From Clostridiales bacterium (lineage in GTDB: Bacteria > Bacillota > Clostridia > Lachnospirales > WRAX01), in NCBI GenBank assembly GCA_031277225.1, contig JAITMQ010000003.1:1-52916 (forward strand): a stretch of DNA of 52,916 nt, written 5' to 3'. The notes under the pieces were generated by a model that ran no database searches, was not told the origin of the DNA, and saw only the letters and a program-made list of their open reading frames with translations. A program made the translations under genes and the position numbers. Below are positions 33,291 through 41,918 of the stretch, piece by piece. How positions within the stretch are numbered: position 1 is the first letter of the stretch; each line of letters begins with the position of its first letter.

Positions 33291-35906
33291 ATGGATAATA
33301 AAAAATTAATGCTTTTGGACGGAATGTCCTTGATTAACAGGGCTTTTTATGCCCTTCCGCCGCTGACGACTGCGGCCGGCGTGCCCACAAATGCGCTGTT
33401 GGGATTTTTAAATATATACTTTAAGTTGCTGGAAGAAGAGGCGGCAAGCCATGTCGCCGTGGTTTTTGACCTGCCGGGCCCGACTTTTCGGCATAAAAAA
33501 TTTGCGGAATACAAAGCCACGCGCAAACCCTTCCCCAAAGAATTGCAGGCTCAAATTCCCCTCTTGAAAGATTTGTTAACCACTATGAATATACCAATTG
33601 TATCCCTGGAGGGCTATGAAGCCGACGATGTTATGGGAACTTTGGCCGTAAAATCGCAGGATTTGGGCTTTTCAACGACTATTGTAACCGGCGACCGCGA
33701 CCTGCTTCAAATTGCTACGGATAGTATTAAAATTCGGATTCCGAGGACAAGAGGCGGTCAGACGATTACCGAGGACTATTTTGCGGCGGATTTTAGCGAA
33801 AAAATGGGGATTACGCCGACGGAATATATTGACATGAAGGCGCTTATGGGCGATTCTTCGGACAATATTCCCGGAGTGGCGGGAATTGGGGAAAAAACCG
33901 CGCTGAAGATTATTCAAGAGTTTGGGAATATTGAGGCGGCGATTGCGGCCGTAAATGCCGATATTACTTGTGTTAAGCCGAAGAAGGCGGCGCAAAATTT
34001 GTTGGAAATGGCGGAAATTGCGCGGCTTTCCAAAGAGCTGGCGACTATTGTAACCGATGCGGAAATCGATTTTGACCCGGAGCGGCTTAAGCCGGGCGAA
34101 ATGTTTAATCCACAGGCCTTTGAGGAGTTTCGGCGGCTGGAGCTTAAGAGCCTTATGAAGAAATTCGGGAATTTAAGCAACGAGCGAAGCTCTGCGCAAA
34201 TTTCCGGCGAAATTTTGGACAAAATGCCCGAAATTCCGCCCGACATGCCTGTTGTCTACCATATTTTGCGCGAGGGCGGCGCGGCGCGGGGCTTCGCCCT
34301 GGCTTTTGGCGAAAAAATTGCCTTTTTGCCGCATATTTCCGCACTTGGCGACTTTTTTCAAGGCCCAAATCCAAAGATTGGTTTTGACACCAAAAAGGAC
34401 ATACATTTTCTGCGTCAAAACGGCATTGAGGTGAACAATCTGGCCTTCGACCTGCTAATCGCGGGCTATCTGCTGGGCAATCTTAAAGACGGCGATTCTA
34501 TCGCCGACCTTAGCCTCGAATATCTCAAAGAACCGCTGGATTTGCCCAAGGCAAAAGACACGCAGTTGAGTTTATTAGAGCAACACGAAGAATCATCCGA
34601 GGATTTGGCGCAAACGGCTTTTGGTTATGTTTCCGCCATTTCCCGCGCCTATCCCCTTATGCGGGATTTGCTTGCCGGGCAGGGCATGGACAAGCTGTTT
34701 TACGAGGTCGAAATCCCGCTAATATCGGTTTTGGCCGATATGGAAAGTCGCGGCATTGCTATTGATAGTAACTTTATAAAAGAATACGGAAAGAATCTTG
34801 ATGTGGACATAAGCCGCCTTACGGGCGAAATTTACGACCTGGCGGGCAGCGAATTCAACATAAATTCGCCAAAACAGCTGGCTAAGGTGCTTTTTGAGGA
34901 TTTGGGTCTGCGCGGCGGAAAGCGCACAAAAACGGGCTTTTCAACAAATGTTGAGGTTTTGCAGAAATTGGCGCGAGAACATGCAATTGCCGCGAAAATC
35001 CTCGAATATCGGTCTTATGCCAAGCTTCGTTCGACATATGTAGACGGCCTGCTAAACGCCATAAATCCCGAAACGGGGCGGGTTCACACGACTTTTAACC
35101 AGGCCGTGGCCGCCACGGGCCGCCTTTCGTCAAATCACCCGAATCTGCAGAATATCCCCGTTCGCACGGCCTTGGGGCGGGAATTGCGCCGCGCTTTTGT
35201 GGCCGCACCCGGCTTTGTCTTCGTCGACGCCGACTATAGCCAAATCGAATTGCGGATTTTGGCGGAATTGTCGGGGGACGAAACATTCCTGACGGCATTT
35301 GCGCAAAAGCAGGACATTCACCGCATAACCGCCGCGCGTGTATTCCAAGTAGATTTTGACGAGGTTACGGATAGTATGCGAAGCGCCGCCAAAGCCGTCA
35401 ATTTCGGCATTGTCTACGGCATTTCGGCCTTTGCGCTGGCGGAGGATATAAATGTCAGCGTGCGGGAGGCCGAAAGCTTTATCAAAGGCTATTTTGCCCG
35501 CTATCCCGCCGTTTCCGCTTATATGGAGCGCGCCGTGGCAGACGCGAAGGTCAAGGGATATTCCGAAACACTTTGGGGTCGTCGCCGCCCGCTTCCCGAA
35601 CTTTCGCACAGCAATTTTCAGACGCGCGCCTTTGGCGAGCGCGCCGCAATGAATATGCCCGTGCAAGGCTCGGCGGCCGATATAATCAAGATTGCCATGG
35701 TTAAAGTGTACAATCGGTTGCGCGCGGAAGGTTTACAATCCCGTCTGATTTTGCAGATTCATGACGAACTTTTGATTGAGGCCGCAGAGGGCGAAATTGA
35801 GGCGGTTCGGGCGATTTTGCTGGATGAAATGCAAAATGCGGTGCAGATGTCGGTGCCGCTGGACATTGATATTAATATCGGGGCGAATTGGTATGATGCG
35901 AAATAG
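33291..35906 (+). CDS. polA: DNA polymerase I
   Basis: 5'-nuclease N-terminus (LLDGMSLINRAFYA), polymerase motif A (DYSQIELR) and motif C (QIHDELL). ATG 33291 follows AGGAGG. Confidence 0.97.
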   Translation: MDNKKLMLLDGMSLINRAFYALPPLTTAAGVPTNALLGFLNIYFKLLEEEAASHVAVVFDLPGPTFRHKKFAEYKATRKPFPKELQAQIPLLKDLLTTMNIPIVSLEGYEADDVMGTLAVKSQDLGFSTTIVTGDRDLLQIATDSIKIRIPRTRGGQTITEDYFAADFSEKMGITPTEYIDMKALMGDSSDNIPGVAGIGEKTALKIIQEFGNIEAAIAAVNADITCVKPKKAAQNLLEMAEIARLSKELATIVTDAEIDFDPERLKPGEMFNPQAFEEFRRLELKSLMKKFGNLSNERSSAQISGEILDKMPEIPPDMPVVYHILREGGAARGFALAFGEKIAFLPHISALGDFFQGPNPKIGFDTKKDIHFLRQNGIEVNNLAFDLLIAGYLLGNLKDGDSIADLSLEYLKEPLDLPKAKDTQLSLLEQHEESSEDLAQTAFGYVSAISRAYPLMRDLLAGQGMDKLFYEVEIPLISVLADMESRGIAIDSNFIKEYGKNLDVDISRLTGEIYDLAGSEFNINSPKQLAKVLFEDLGLRGGKRTKTGFSTNVEVLQKLAREHAIAAKILEYRSYAKLRSTYVDGLLNAINPETGRVHTTFNQAVAATGRLSSNHPNLQNIPVRTALGRELRRAFVAAPGFVFVDADYSQIELRILAELSGDETFLTAFAQKQDIHRITAARVFQVDFDEVTDSMRSAAKAVNFGIVYGISAFALAEDINVSVREAESFIKGYFARYPAVSAYMERAVADAKVKGYSETLWGRRRPLPELSHSNFQTRAFGERAAMNMPVQGSAADIIKIAMVKVYNRLRAEGLQSRLILQIHDELLIEAAEGEIEAVRAILLDEMQNAVQMSVPLDIDINIGANWYDAK

Positions 35907-36510
35907 CGTAATTATAGGCCTTACGGGCGGTAGTGGCGCGGGCAAAAGCGAGGCGGCGAAAATCTTCGCTACAGTCGGTGCAGAAATTATTGATGCCGAC
36001 CGTATCGGGCATGAGGTAATCCTAAAGGGCGCGAGTGCCGCTTATGATGAGGTTTTGGCGGAGTTTGGCACCCATATTCTGAGCTTGAGTGGCGAAATTG
36101 ACCGAAAATCGCTTGGGGCGATTGTCTTCGCCGATGCGGACAAGCTTGCGCGGCTGTCGGAAATTGTGCATAAATACATCATTGAGCGCATTTTCGGCAT
36201 TATTGCAGCAACAGAAAGTAGGTTGATTATTATAGACGCAGCCGTGCTGATTCAGGCGGGTATACACAAAATTTGCGACAAAGTTTTGGGGATTTTTGCG
36301 CCGCTTGATGCACGAATTGCGCGAATTTGCGCGCGCGACGGGCTGGAGAGGGCAGATGCGCTGGCGCGCATCAGAAGTCAGATGTCAGATGGCGAGCTGG
36401 CGCAATATGTGGATGCGAGGATTGATAATGATGGGAATTTTGAGGAATTTCAGACGCGGATTATGGATTTTATTGCTGATATTTTTGGCGGGCTGTGGAC
36501 GGGAAATTAG
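35893..36510 (+). CDS. coaE: Dephospho-CoA kinase
   Basis: IGLTGGSGAGKS P-loop. The protein is 205 aa and overlaps the polA end by 14 nt. Confidence 0.9.
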   Translation: MMRNSVIIGLTGGSGAGKSEAAKIFATVGAEIIDADRIGHEVILKGASAAYDEVLAEFGTHILSLSGEIDRKSLGAIVFADADKLARLSEIVHKYIIERIFGIIAATESRLIIIDAAVLIQAGIHKICDKVLGIFAPLDARIARICARDGLERADALARIRSQMSDGELAQYVDARIDNDGNFEEFQTRIMDFIADIFGGLWTGN

Positions 36511-37936
36511 CCCCGCGCCGATAAGCCCCGATTTTGCGTTGCAAACGCCGCCGCCTGTCGAGGCCGAAACGCCGGAATTTCCCATAGAACCGGCCTTCGG
36601 CGGCCATTTGCGAATTGCCATGCCCATGCCGCAGACGCTAAATCCGCTGCTAAATTCCTGCCCCCAAACGGCGCAAATTCTGCGCCTAATTTTCGAACCG
36701 CTCTCCGTTTTGGCCGAAAATATCACATTTGCGCCCAGCGGCCAAAGCCTTGCCATCACGCTAAAAGATGACATTTTTTGGGAGGACGACATGCCAATCA
36801 CCGCCGCCGACATCGCCTTTTCCATCGACACTCTGCGCAATCATGCCCCCGAAACCGCCGTCTATCGCCCAAATGTCGCCGCAATTGCAAGCCATAATAT
36901 TGTCGACCCGCGCACAATTCATATTAATCTTGACGCGCCCATGTGGCAATTTATGTATTTGCTGGATTTTCCAATAATTCCCGCCGGATATTATAGCGGC
37001 GTGCCCATGACAAATTTGCGCGCCGCGCGAAATATGCATCCCGTCGGCAACGGCCCTTTCCGCTTTTTTTCCTATGTTTTGGCCACTCGTTTGGAATTGA
37101 TTGCCAATGAAAATGCCGCGCGCGGGCGGCCCTATATCGAGAGGGTTACAGCCACCGTTTTGCGCGATTTTAGCGACGCAACCCATGCCTTTGAGCGCGG
37201 AATGACCGACATTTTGGCCGGTTATGCCGCCGATTTGGGGCGTTTTCGCGCCTTGGGCAAAAATTATGTCGGCACGATACCCGGTCAAAACCTCGATTTT
37301 ATCGGATTTAACCACGCCCGCCCGATTTTTGGGGAAATTGCTATGCGGGCGGTCATAAATAATCCGAGCATTGAAGCCTTTGCGGAGCTGGGCTTTGAAG
37401 TGGGTGAGGACGGGATTCTGGAGCGTAGGATTGCTCCGGCTCTGCCGCCCATTCCCCTAAATTTGACAATTATAGTAAATAATGAGAATTTGCGAACTTT
37501 AACCATAGCCAAAAATCTATACTATGAGCTGTTGGAAACGGGCGCAAACACGCGCCTTTACGAGCTAATTCCCGCAGACTTCCACGCCCGCCTAAGCTCC
37601 GGCGATTTCGACCTCGCCATAGGCACAATAACCCTGCAAAACCCCCTAAATCTCGAATTCCTGCGCACGGGCAACCAAGCCGCCGGCAATTATTTCAGCC
37701 ACAATTCTGCGGAATTTAATCGCCTGTTGGACACGACCAACCTTGCCCCCAATGAGGCCGCCCTAAACGCCGCCGCCGCCAATCTTCGCGCCTATATGTC
37801 CGAAAACCTGCCGATAATCAGTCTTGGCTTTGACGATAGGGCGATTTTTGCAAGCCCGCGCCTGCACGGAAATCTCGCCCCCGCAGGGCGCAATATTTTT
37901 CATAATGTTGCCGAATGGTTTATAGTAGACAATTGA
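36428..37936 (+). CDS. Solute-binding protein family 5-like lipoprotein (peptide/nickel type), orphan
   Basis: Lipobox LLIFLAGC. GGHLRIAMPMPQTLNPL...DDIFWEDDMPITAADIAFSI resembles SBP_bac_5. No permease or ATPase genes lie nearby. It overlaps the coaE 3' end by 83 nt. Confidence 0.7.
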   Translation: MMGILRNFRRGLWILLLIFLAGCGREISPAPISPDFALQTPPPVEAETPEFPIEPAFGGHLRIAMPMPQTLNPLLNSCPQTAQILRLIFEPLSVLAENITFAPSGQSLAITLKDDIFWEDDMPITAADIAFSIDTLRNHAPETAVYRPNVAAIASHNIVDPRTIHINLDAPMWQFMYLLDFPIIPAGYYSGVPMTNLRAARNMHPVGNGPFRFFSYVLATRLELIANENAARGRPYIERVTATVLRDFSDATHAFERGMTDILAGYAADLGRFRALGKNYVGTIPGQNLDFIGFNHARPIFGEIAMRAVINNPSIEAFAELGFEVGEDGILERRIAPALPPIPLNLTIIVNNENLRTLTIAKNLYYELLETGANTRLYELIPADFHARLSSGDFDLAIGTITLQNPLNLEFLRTGNQAAGNYFSHNSAEFNRLLDTTNLAPNEAALNAAAANLRAYMSENLPIISLGFDDRAIFASPRLHGNLAPAGRNIFHNVAEWFIVDN

Positions 37937-37975
37937 ATTATTATGTGGTATAATAGGGTGAGGGAGTGTGAAAAT

Positions 37976-38965
37976 ATGAAGAAGACGGTATTTTCGGGAA
38001 TGCAGCCCACGGGCGTTGGCCAGCTTGGAAATTATTTGGGGGCAATTAAAAATTGGGTTAGTCTACAAGATGAGTATAACTGCTTGTACTCGGTGGTAGA
38101 TTTACATGCCATAACCATTCGGCAAGAACCCGATGTTTTGCGCCAAAATTCGCTGGATTTGCTGGCCATGTTCATATCCTGCGGGCTTGACCCCGACAAA
38201 AATATTATCTATATGCAGTCGCATTATCACGGCCATACAGAGCTGGCCTGGCTTTTGTCCTGCTATGCCTATTTTGGCGAACTTAGCCGCCAGGCGCAAT
38301 ATAAGGACAAATCGGCCAAAAATGCCGAAAATGTGAATGTGGGGCTGTTTAGCTATCCTGTGTTGCAGGCGGCCGATATTTTGCTGTTTGGCACAAATTT
38401 TGTGCCCGTGGGCGAAGACCAAAAGCAGCATTTAGAGCTTTCTCGCGACATTGCGATTCGTTTTAACAATGCCTATGGCGAAACCTTTGCCGTGCCCGAG
38501 CCGCTTATTCCAAAGACGGCCGCGCGCGTAAAATCCCTTAGCCATCCCGACAAAAAAATGTCAAAATCCGACGACGCGGGCAGTTATATCAGCCTTTTAG
38601 ACCCCGCCGAAACCGTGATGAAAAAGTTTAAACGCGCCGTAACCGATTCGGAAACGGAAATTCGTTATGACCCGGAAAACAAGCCGGGCATAAGTAATCT
38701 GCTGGAAATCTACGCTGTTACGAATGATATGACTATTCAGGCCGCCGCAAGCGAATTCGCGGGTAAGAATTATGGCGCGCTTAAAATTGCAACCGCCGAG
38801 GCTGTTATCGGGAAGATTACCGACCCGATTCAAAGCAAGTACTTCGACTTAGCCAAGAACGTCGACTATTTGTACGAAATCATGCGCAAAAACGCCGCGC
38901 GCGCGCGCGATTTGGGCGACAAGACTTTGCAAAACGTTAAAAATAAGATTGGATTGATTCTATAA
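37976..38965 (+). CDS. trpS: Tryptophan--tRNA ligase
   Basis: FSGMQPTG...GNYLG corresponds to the HIGH region, and KKMSKS is present. The protein is 329 aa. Confidence 0.96.
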   Translation: MKKTVFSGMQPTGVGQLGNYLGAIKNWVSLQDEYNCLYSVVDLHAITIRQEPDVLRQNSLDLLAMFISCGLDPDKNIIYMQSHYHGHTELAWLLSCYAYFGELSRQAQYKDKSAKNAENVNVGLFSYPVLQAADILLFGTNFVPVGEDQKQHLELSRDIAIRFNNAYGETFAVPEPLIPKTAARVKSLSHPDKKMSKSDDAGSYISLLDPAETVMKKFKRAVTDSETEIRYDPENKPGISNLLEIYAVTNDMTIQAAASEFAGKNYGALKIATAEAVIGKITDPIQSKYFDLAKNVDYLYEIMRKNAARARDLGDKTLQNVKNKIGLIL

Positions 38966-38984
38966 TCAGAAGGGAGTTGATATA

Positions 38985-39392
38985 ATGGAAATGGCTCATT
39001 GCAAGAGATGCAAGCGTTTGTTCGCCAGAGTTTTAGGGCCCATTTGCGACGAATGTAATAAAGCCGAGGAGGAAATTTTCCACGGCGTTAAGGAATATTT
39101 GAGGGACAATCCAAAATCCACCGTTGGCGAAATTTCCGAAGCTACGGGGGTTTCGGCCAAAAAGATTTTCGGGTATTTAAGGGAAGGGCGGCTGGAAGTG
39201 GCGGAAGGCGCGGGGCTTCATTGCGCGCGCTGTGGCATTGCGATTGCGTCGGGCAAGCTTTGTGAAGAATGTTTTGTTATTGCACAACGCGAAATTTCGG
39301 GCATTATCGCCGCCGCCGAACCTCAGCCTGCCGCGCCCGAAATGCCCGAACGCCAAAAGGCCATGATGCACACCACGCGCAGACGAAAATAA
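38985..39392 (+). CDS. Zinc-ribbon protein of the TIGR03826/YvyF 'flagellar region' family
   Basis: CKRCKRLF...CDEC at the N-terminus and CARCG...CEEC at the C-terminus, with a central HTH-like segment STVGEISEATGVSAKKIFGYLREGRL. Confidence 0.7.
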   Translation: MEMAHCKRCKRLFARVLGPICDECNKAEEEIFHGVKEYLRDNPKSTVGEISEATGVSAKKIFGYLREGRLEVAEGAGLHCARCGIAIASGKLCEECFVIAQREISGIIAAAEPQPAAPEMPERQKAMMHTTRRRK

Positions 39393-39417
39393 AATCTATA
39401 GAAAGGAGACTTTTCCT

Positions 39418-39888
39418 ATGTTTTATATTGCTATAGGCCTCTTTATTGTGGCCTTGCTGGTTTTAATTGCCGACATTTTTATTGAGGGCTTTGGGCCGCT
39501 GGCTGTGGTTGGGCTTGTCGGAGTTCTTGTTTCCATGGTTCTAACCGCGTTTTTCGTGCCGCTTGGCGGCCTTATCGTCCTTGGTAAAATTGCGGTTACG
39601 GTTCCCGGCGTATGGCTGCTTTTCCGCTTTTTGCGCAAAAGACAGCTGGATGGGAAATTTATACTTAATGAAACCCTTGCCGAAGATACCGCCCCTGTTG
39701 GCGGCCTTGAATATTTCTTGGGCAAAGAGGGCATGACAAAAACGGCTTTGCGCCCACAGGGTTCCGCCGATTTTAACGGGCAAAATGTTGAAGTTGCGTC
39801 GGATTCGGGCTTTATTCCTGCGGGTAAGCGGGTTAAGGTCGTGGACGTTCAGAATCGTAAGGTATTGGTGAAGCTAATCGAAAATTAA
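39418..39888 (+). CDS. NfeD-family membrane protein
   Basis: Three TM segments followed by an OB-fold tail (GMTKTALRPQGSADFNGQNVEVASDSGFIPAGKRVKVVDV). It lies upstream of floA. Confidence 0.82.
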   Translation: MFYIAIGLFIVALLVLIADIFIEGFGPLAVVGLVGVLVSMVLTAFFVPLGGLIVLGKIAVTVPGVWLLFRFLRKRQLDGKFILNETLAEDTAPVGGLEYFLGKEGMTKTALRPQGSADFNGQNVEVASDSGFIPAGKRVKVVDVQNRKVLVKLIEN

Positions 39889-39906
39889 AGAATTAGGAGG
39901 TTTACA

Positions 39907-40926
39907 ATGGATTTTTTGAATATGGACCCGGGCACATTGACCCTAATTGTCGTTTTGGGCATAGTTGTATTTTTATTTTTAGTACTATTTTTCAATTTTA
40001 TCCCCGTGGGGCTGTGGATTTCGGCCATTTCTGCGGGCGTTAAAGTCAGCATTTTCTCCCTTGTGGGTATGCGCCTTAGGCGCGTTCGCCCCGCAAAGGT
40101 TATAAATCCCTTGATTAAGGGAACGAAGGCGGGTCTGGCCATAAGCCAAAACCAGCTGGAAAGCCATCTTTTGTCGGGCGGGCGCGTGGATAATGTCGTG
40201 GATGCGCTGATTGCCGCGCATCGCGCCAATATGGAGCTTAGTTTTGAGCGCGCCGCCGCAATTGACCTGGCCGGCCGCGATGTTTTTGAGGCCGTGCGTA
40301 TGAGCGTTATGCCAAAAATCATTGAAACGCCAATGATTTCGGCCATGGCGGTCAATGGTATTGAAATTAAGGCTTTGGCGAAAGTAACCGTGCGCGCGAA
40401 TATTGCCCGCTTGGTTGGCGGCGCGGGCGAAGACACCATAATTGCGCGCGTTGGCGAAGGAATTGTAACCACAATCGGTTCTGCCAAAAGCCATCAAGAA
40501 GTTTTGGAAAATCCCGATAGAATTTCGCAGACTGTACTTAATAAAGGCCTTGATTCGGGCACGGCATATGAAATTTTGTCAATTGACATTGCGGATATTG
40601 ACGTTGGCCGCAATATCGGCGCGGAATTGCAAATTGACCAGGCCGAGGCCGACAAGCGCATTGCGCAGGCCAAGGCCGAAGAACGCCGCGCCACCGCGAT
40701 TGCGCGCGAGCAGGAAATGAAGGCGCAGGTTGAGGAAATGCGCTCTAAGGTTGTTGAGGCCGAGGCGCAAGTGCCGCAGGCCGTCGCCGAGGCCCTTAAA
40801 TCGGGCAATATGGGCGTAATGGACTATCTCGCCATGCAAAACAAGCTGGCCGATACGAAAATGCGGGAAGGATTGTCGGCTATAAAGGTCAATTTGGGCG
40901 ATACTAAGGACTTGCCGATGGAGTAG
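39907..40926 (+). CDS. floA: Flotillin-like protein FloA (SPFH/UPF0365)
   Basis: [30 protein letters not shown]...[24 protein letters not shown]. Confidence 0.92.
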   Translation: MDFLNMDPGTLTLIVVLGIVVFLFLVLFFNFIPVGLWISAISAGVKVSIFSLVGMRLRRVRPAKVINPLIKGTKAGLAISQNQLESHLLSGGRVDNVVDALIAAHRANMELSFERAAAIDLAGRDVFEAVRMSVMPKIIETPMISAMAVNGIEIKALAKVTVRANIARLVGGAGEDTIIARVGEGIVTTIGSAKSHQEVLENPDRISQTVLNKGLDSGTAYEILSIDIADIDVGRNIGAELQIDQAEADKRIAQAKAEERRATAIAREQEMKAQVEEMRSKVVEAEAQVPQAVAEALKSGNMGVMDYLAMQNKLADTKMREGLSAIKVNLGDTKDLPME

Positions 40927-40937
40927 GAGGGATAGCA

Positions 40938-41102
40938 TTGTATAAACGGATGTTGTATCAGCTCTTAGCGGTGAGGCAAGATATGGAAAAAAGAGGGTTT
41001 GCTTCCGATATTTTAAATCAATATATTAATGAACTAGAAACGGAAATGGATGCCGGTGAAGCGGCCTATGTGCTTATGAAAGTGAAAAAATCGCAAGAAT
41101 GA
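40938..41102 (+). CDS. Possible 54-aa ORF downstream of floA
   Basis: TTG 40938 lies 7 nt after AGGAGG. The stop at 41100-41102 is followed directly by a terminator. The ORF is not in the track because it is under 60 aa. Confidence 0.35.
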   Translation: MYKRMLYQLLAVRQDMEKRGFASDILNQYINELETEMDAGEAAYVLMKVKKSQE

Positions 41103-41111
41103 CAGCCCCAA

Positions 41112-41139
41112 GGGGCGACCGCCCTCGGTCGCCCCTTTT
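41112..41139 (+). terminator. Rho-independent terminator built from the family A palindrome
   Basis: GGGGCGACCG-CCCT-CGGTCGCCCC followed by TTTT. Confidence 0.78.
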
Positions 41140-41173
41140 AATAGGGGAAATTTGGTGATTAGGAGGTTGTGCG

Positions 41174-41440
41174 ATGACATTGACGAGGATTAACGAAAGT
41201 ACCGAAATTACGGTAAATCAGGCGCGGAGAATGTATCCGGACAAATATATTTTCATGATAATTGACAAGCAAGTGGACTTTTCCGGCAATAATATCGGGC
41301 GTGTGATTTTTATTATGGATTCTAAGGAAGAAATTTACAATGTGGATATGGCGGAATTCGCTGGGCGTACAAAAAAAATTGTAGAAGGAATCGAAATTCT
41401 TAGAAGGCCGAGTATAGGGGGAATCAGCATTGAAGCATAG
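41174..41440 (+). CDS. 88-aa hypothetical protein, first gene of the retropepsin module (DUF5678-like?)
   Basis: ATG 41174 follows AGGAGG. It overlaps the protease gene by 11 nt. The resemblance to small partners of archaeal/cyanobacterial clan AA proteases is from memory only. Confidence 0.5.
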   Translation: MTLTRINESTEITVNQARRMYPDKYIFMIIDKQVDFSGNNIGRVIFIMDSKEEIYNVDMAEFAGRTKKIVEGIEILRRPSIGGISIEA

Positions 41441-41909
41441 CATAAAGCTGGAAGCAGGCAAGATAATTGTGCCTATGAATATCCAAGATGCCAATTTAAA
41501 AGACATGTCCGAGGTTGACTTTAAAGTGGACACTGGTTCGGATTATACAACGATTTCAAAAAAAGAATTGTATACGCTGGGATATTCCGCAGATTGGATT
41601 AAGCAAAATGCCATAAGAAACGACAGGGATGCCAAAACAGCCGACGGCAGCACAATTCCCATTTATTTTTTACAAATACCGAAAATGAATATATTGGGAA
41701 CCGAGGTTTCCAATATGCGCTTACATATTTTATTGGATGGCGATGGCGGGGCGGCAAGGGACTTAAACAATCTTTTGGGGCTGGATTTATTGCTGTCTTT
41801 CAATTATATGGTCAACAATGACGAGGATGAATTCATCATCCACAGAACAACAAAACCAAGCAAAACAAAGACTATTTACCCGGAAGTGCAACTATTTAAT
41901 CTTGATTAG
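41430..41909 (+). CDS. Retropepsin-like (clan AA) aspartic protease, cytoplasmic
   Basis: A single catalytic FKVDTGSDYTTIS (hh-D-T-G-S) and a downstream LLGLDLL (hhGxD) motif. No signal peptide. The size (159 aa) implies a homodimeric protease. Confidence 0.75.
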   Translation: MKHSIKLEAGKIIVPMNIQDANLKDMSEVDFKVDTGSDYTTISKKELYTLGYSADWIKQNAIRNDRDAKTADGSTIPIYFLQIPKMNILGTEVSNMRLHILLDGDGGAARDLNNLLGLDLLLSFNYMVNNDEDEFIIHRTTKPSKTKTIYPEVQLFNLD

Positions 41910-41918
41910 GAGGAGAAT

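Noticed and set aside
36428-36510. The 83-nt overlap between coaE and the solute-binding lipoprotein gene was considered as a possible frameshift or fusion.
   Set aside because: coaE has a normal length (205 aa). The lipoprotein has its own RBS, ATG and lipobox, so an ordinary overlap or a slightly later start explains it.
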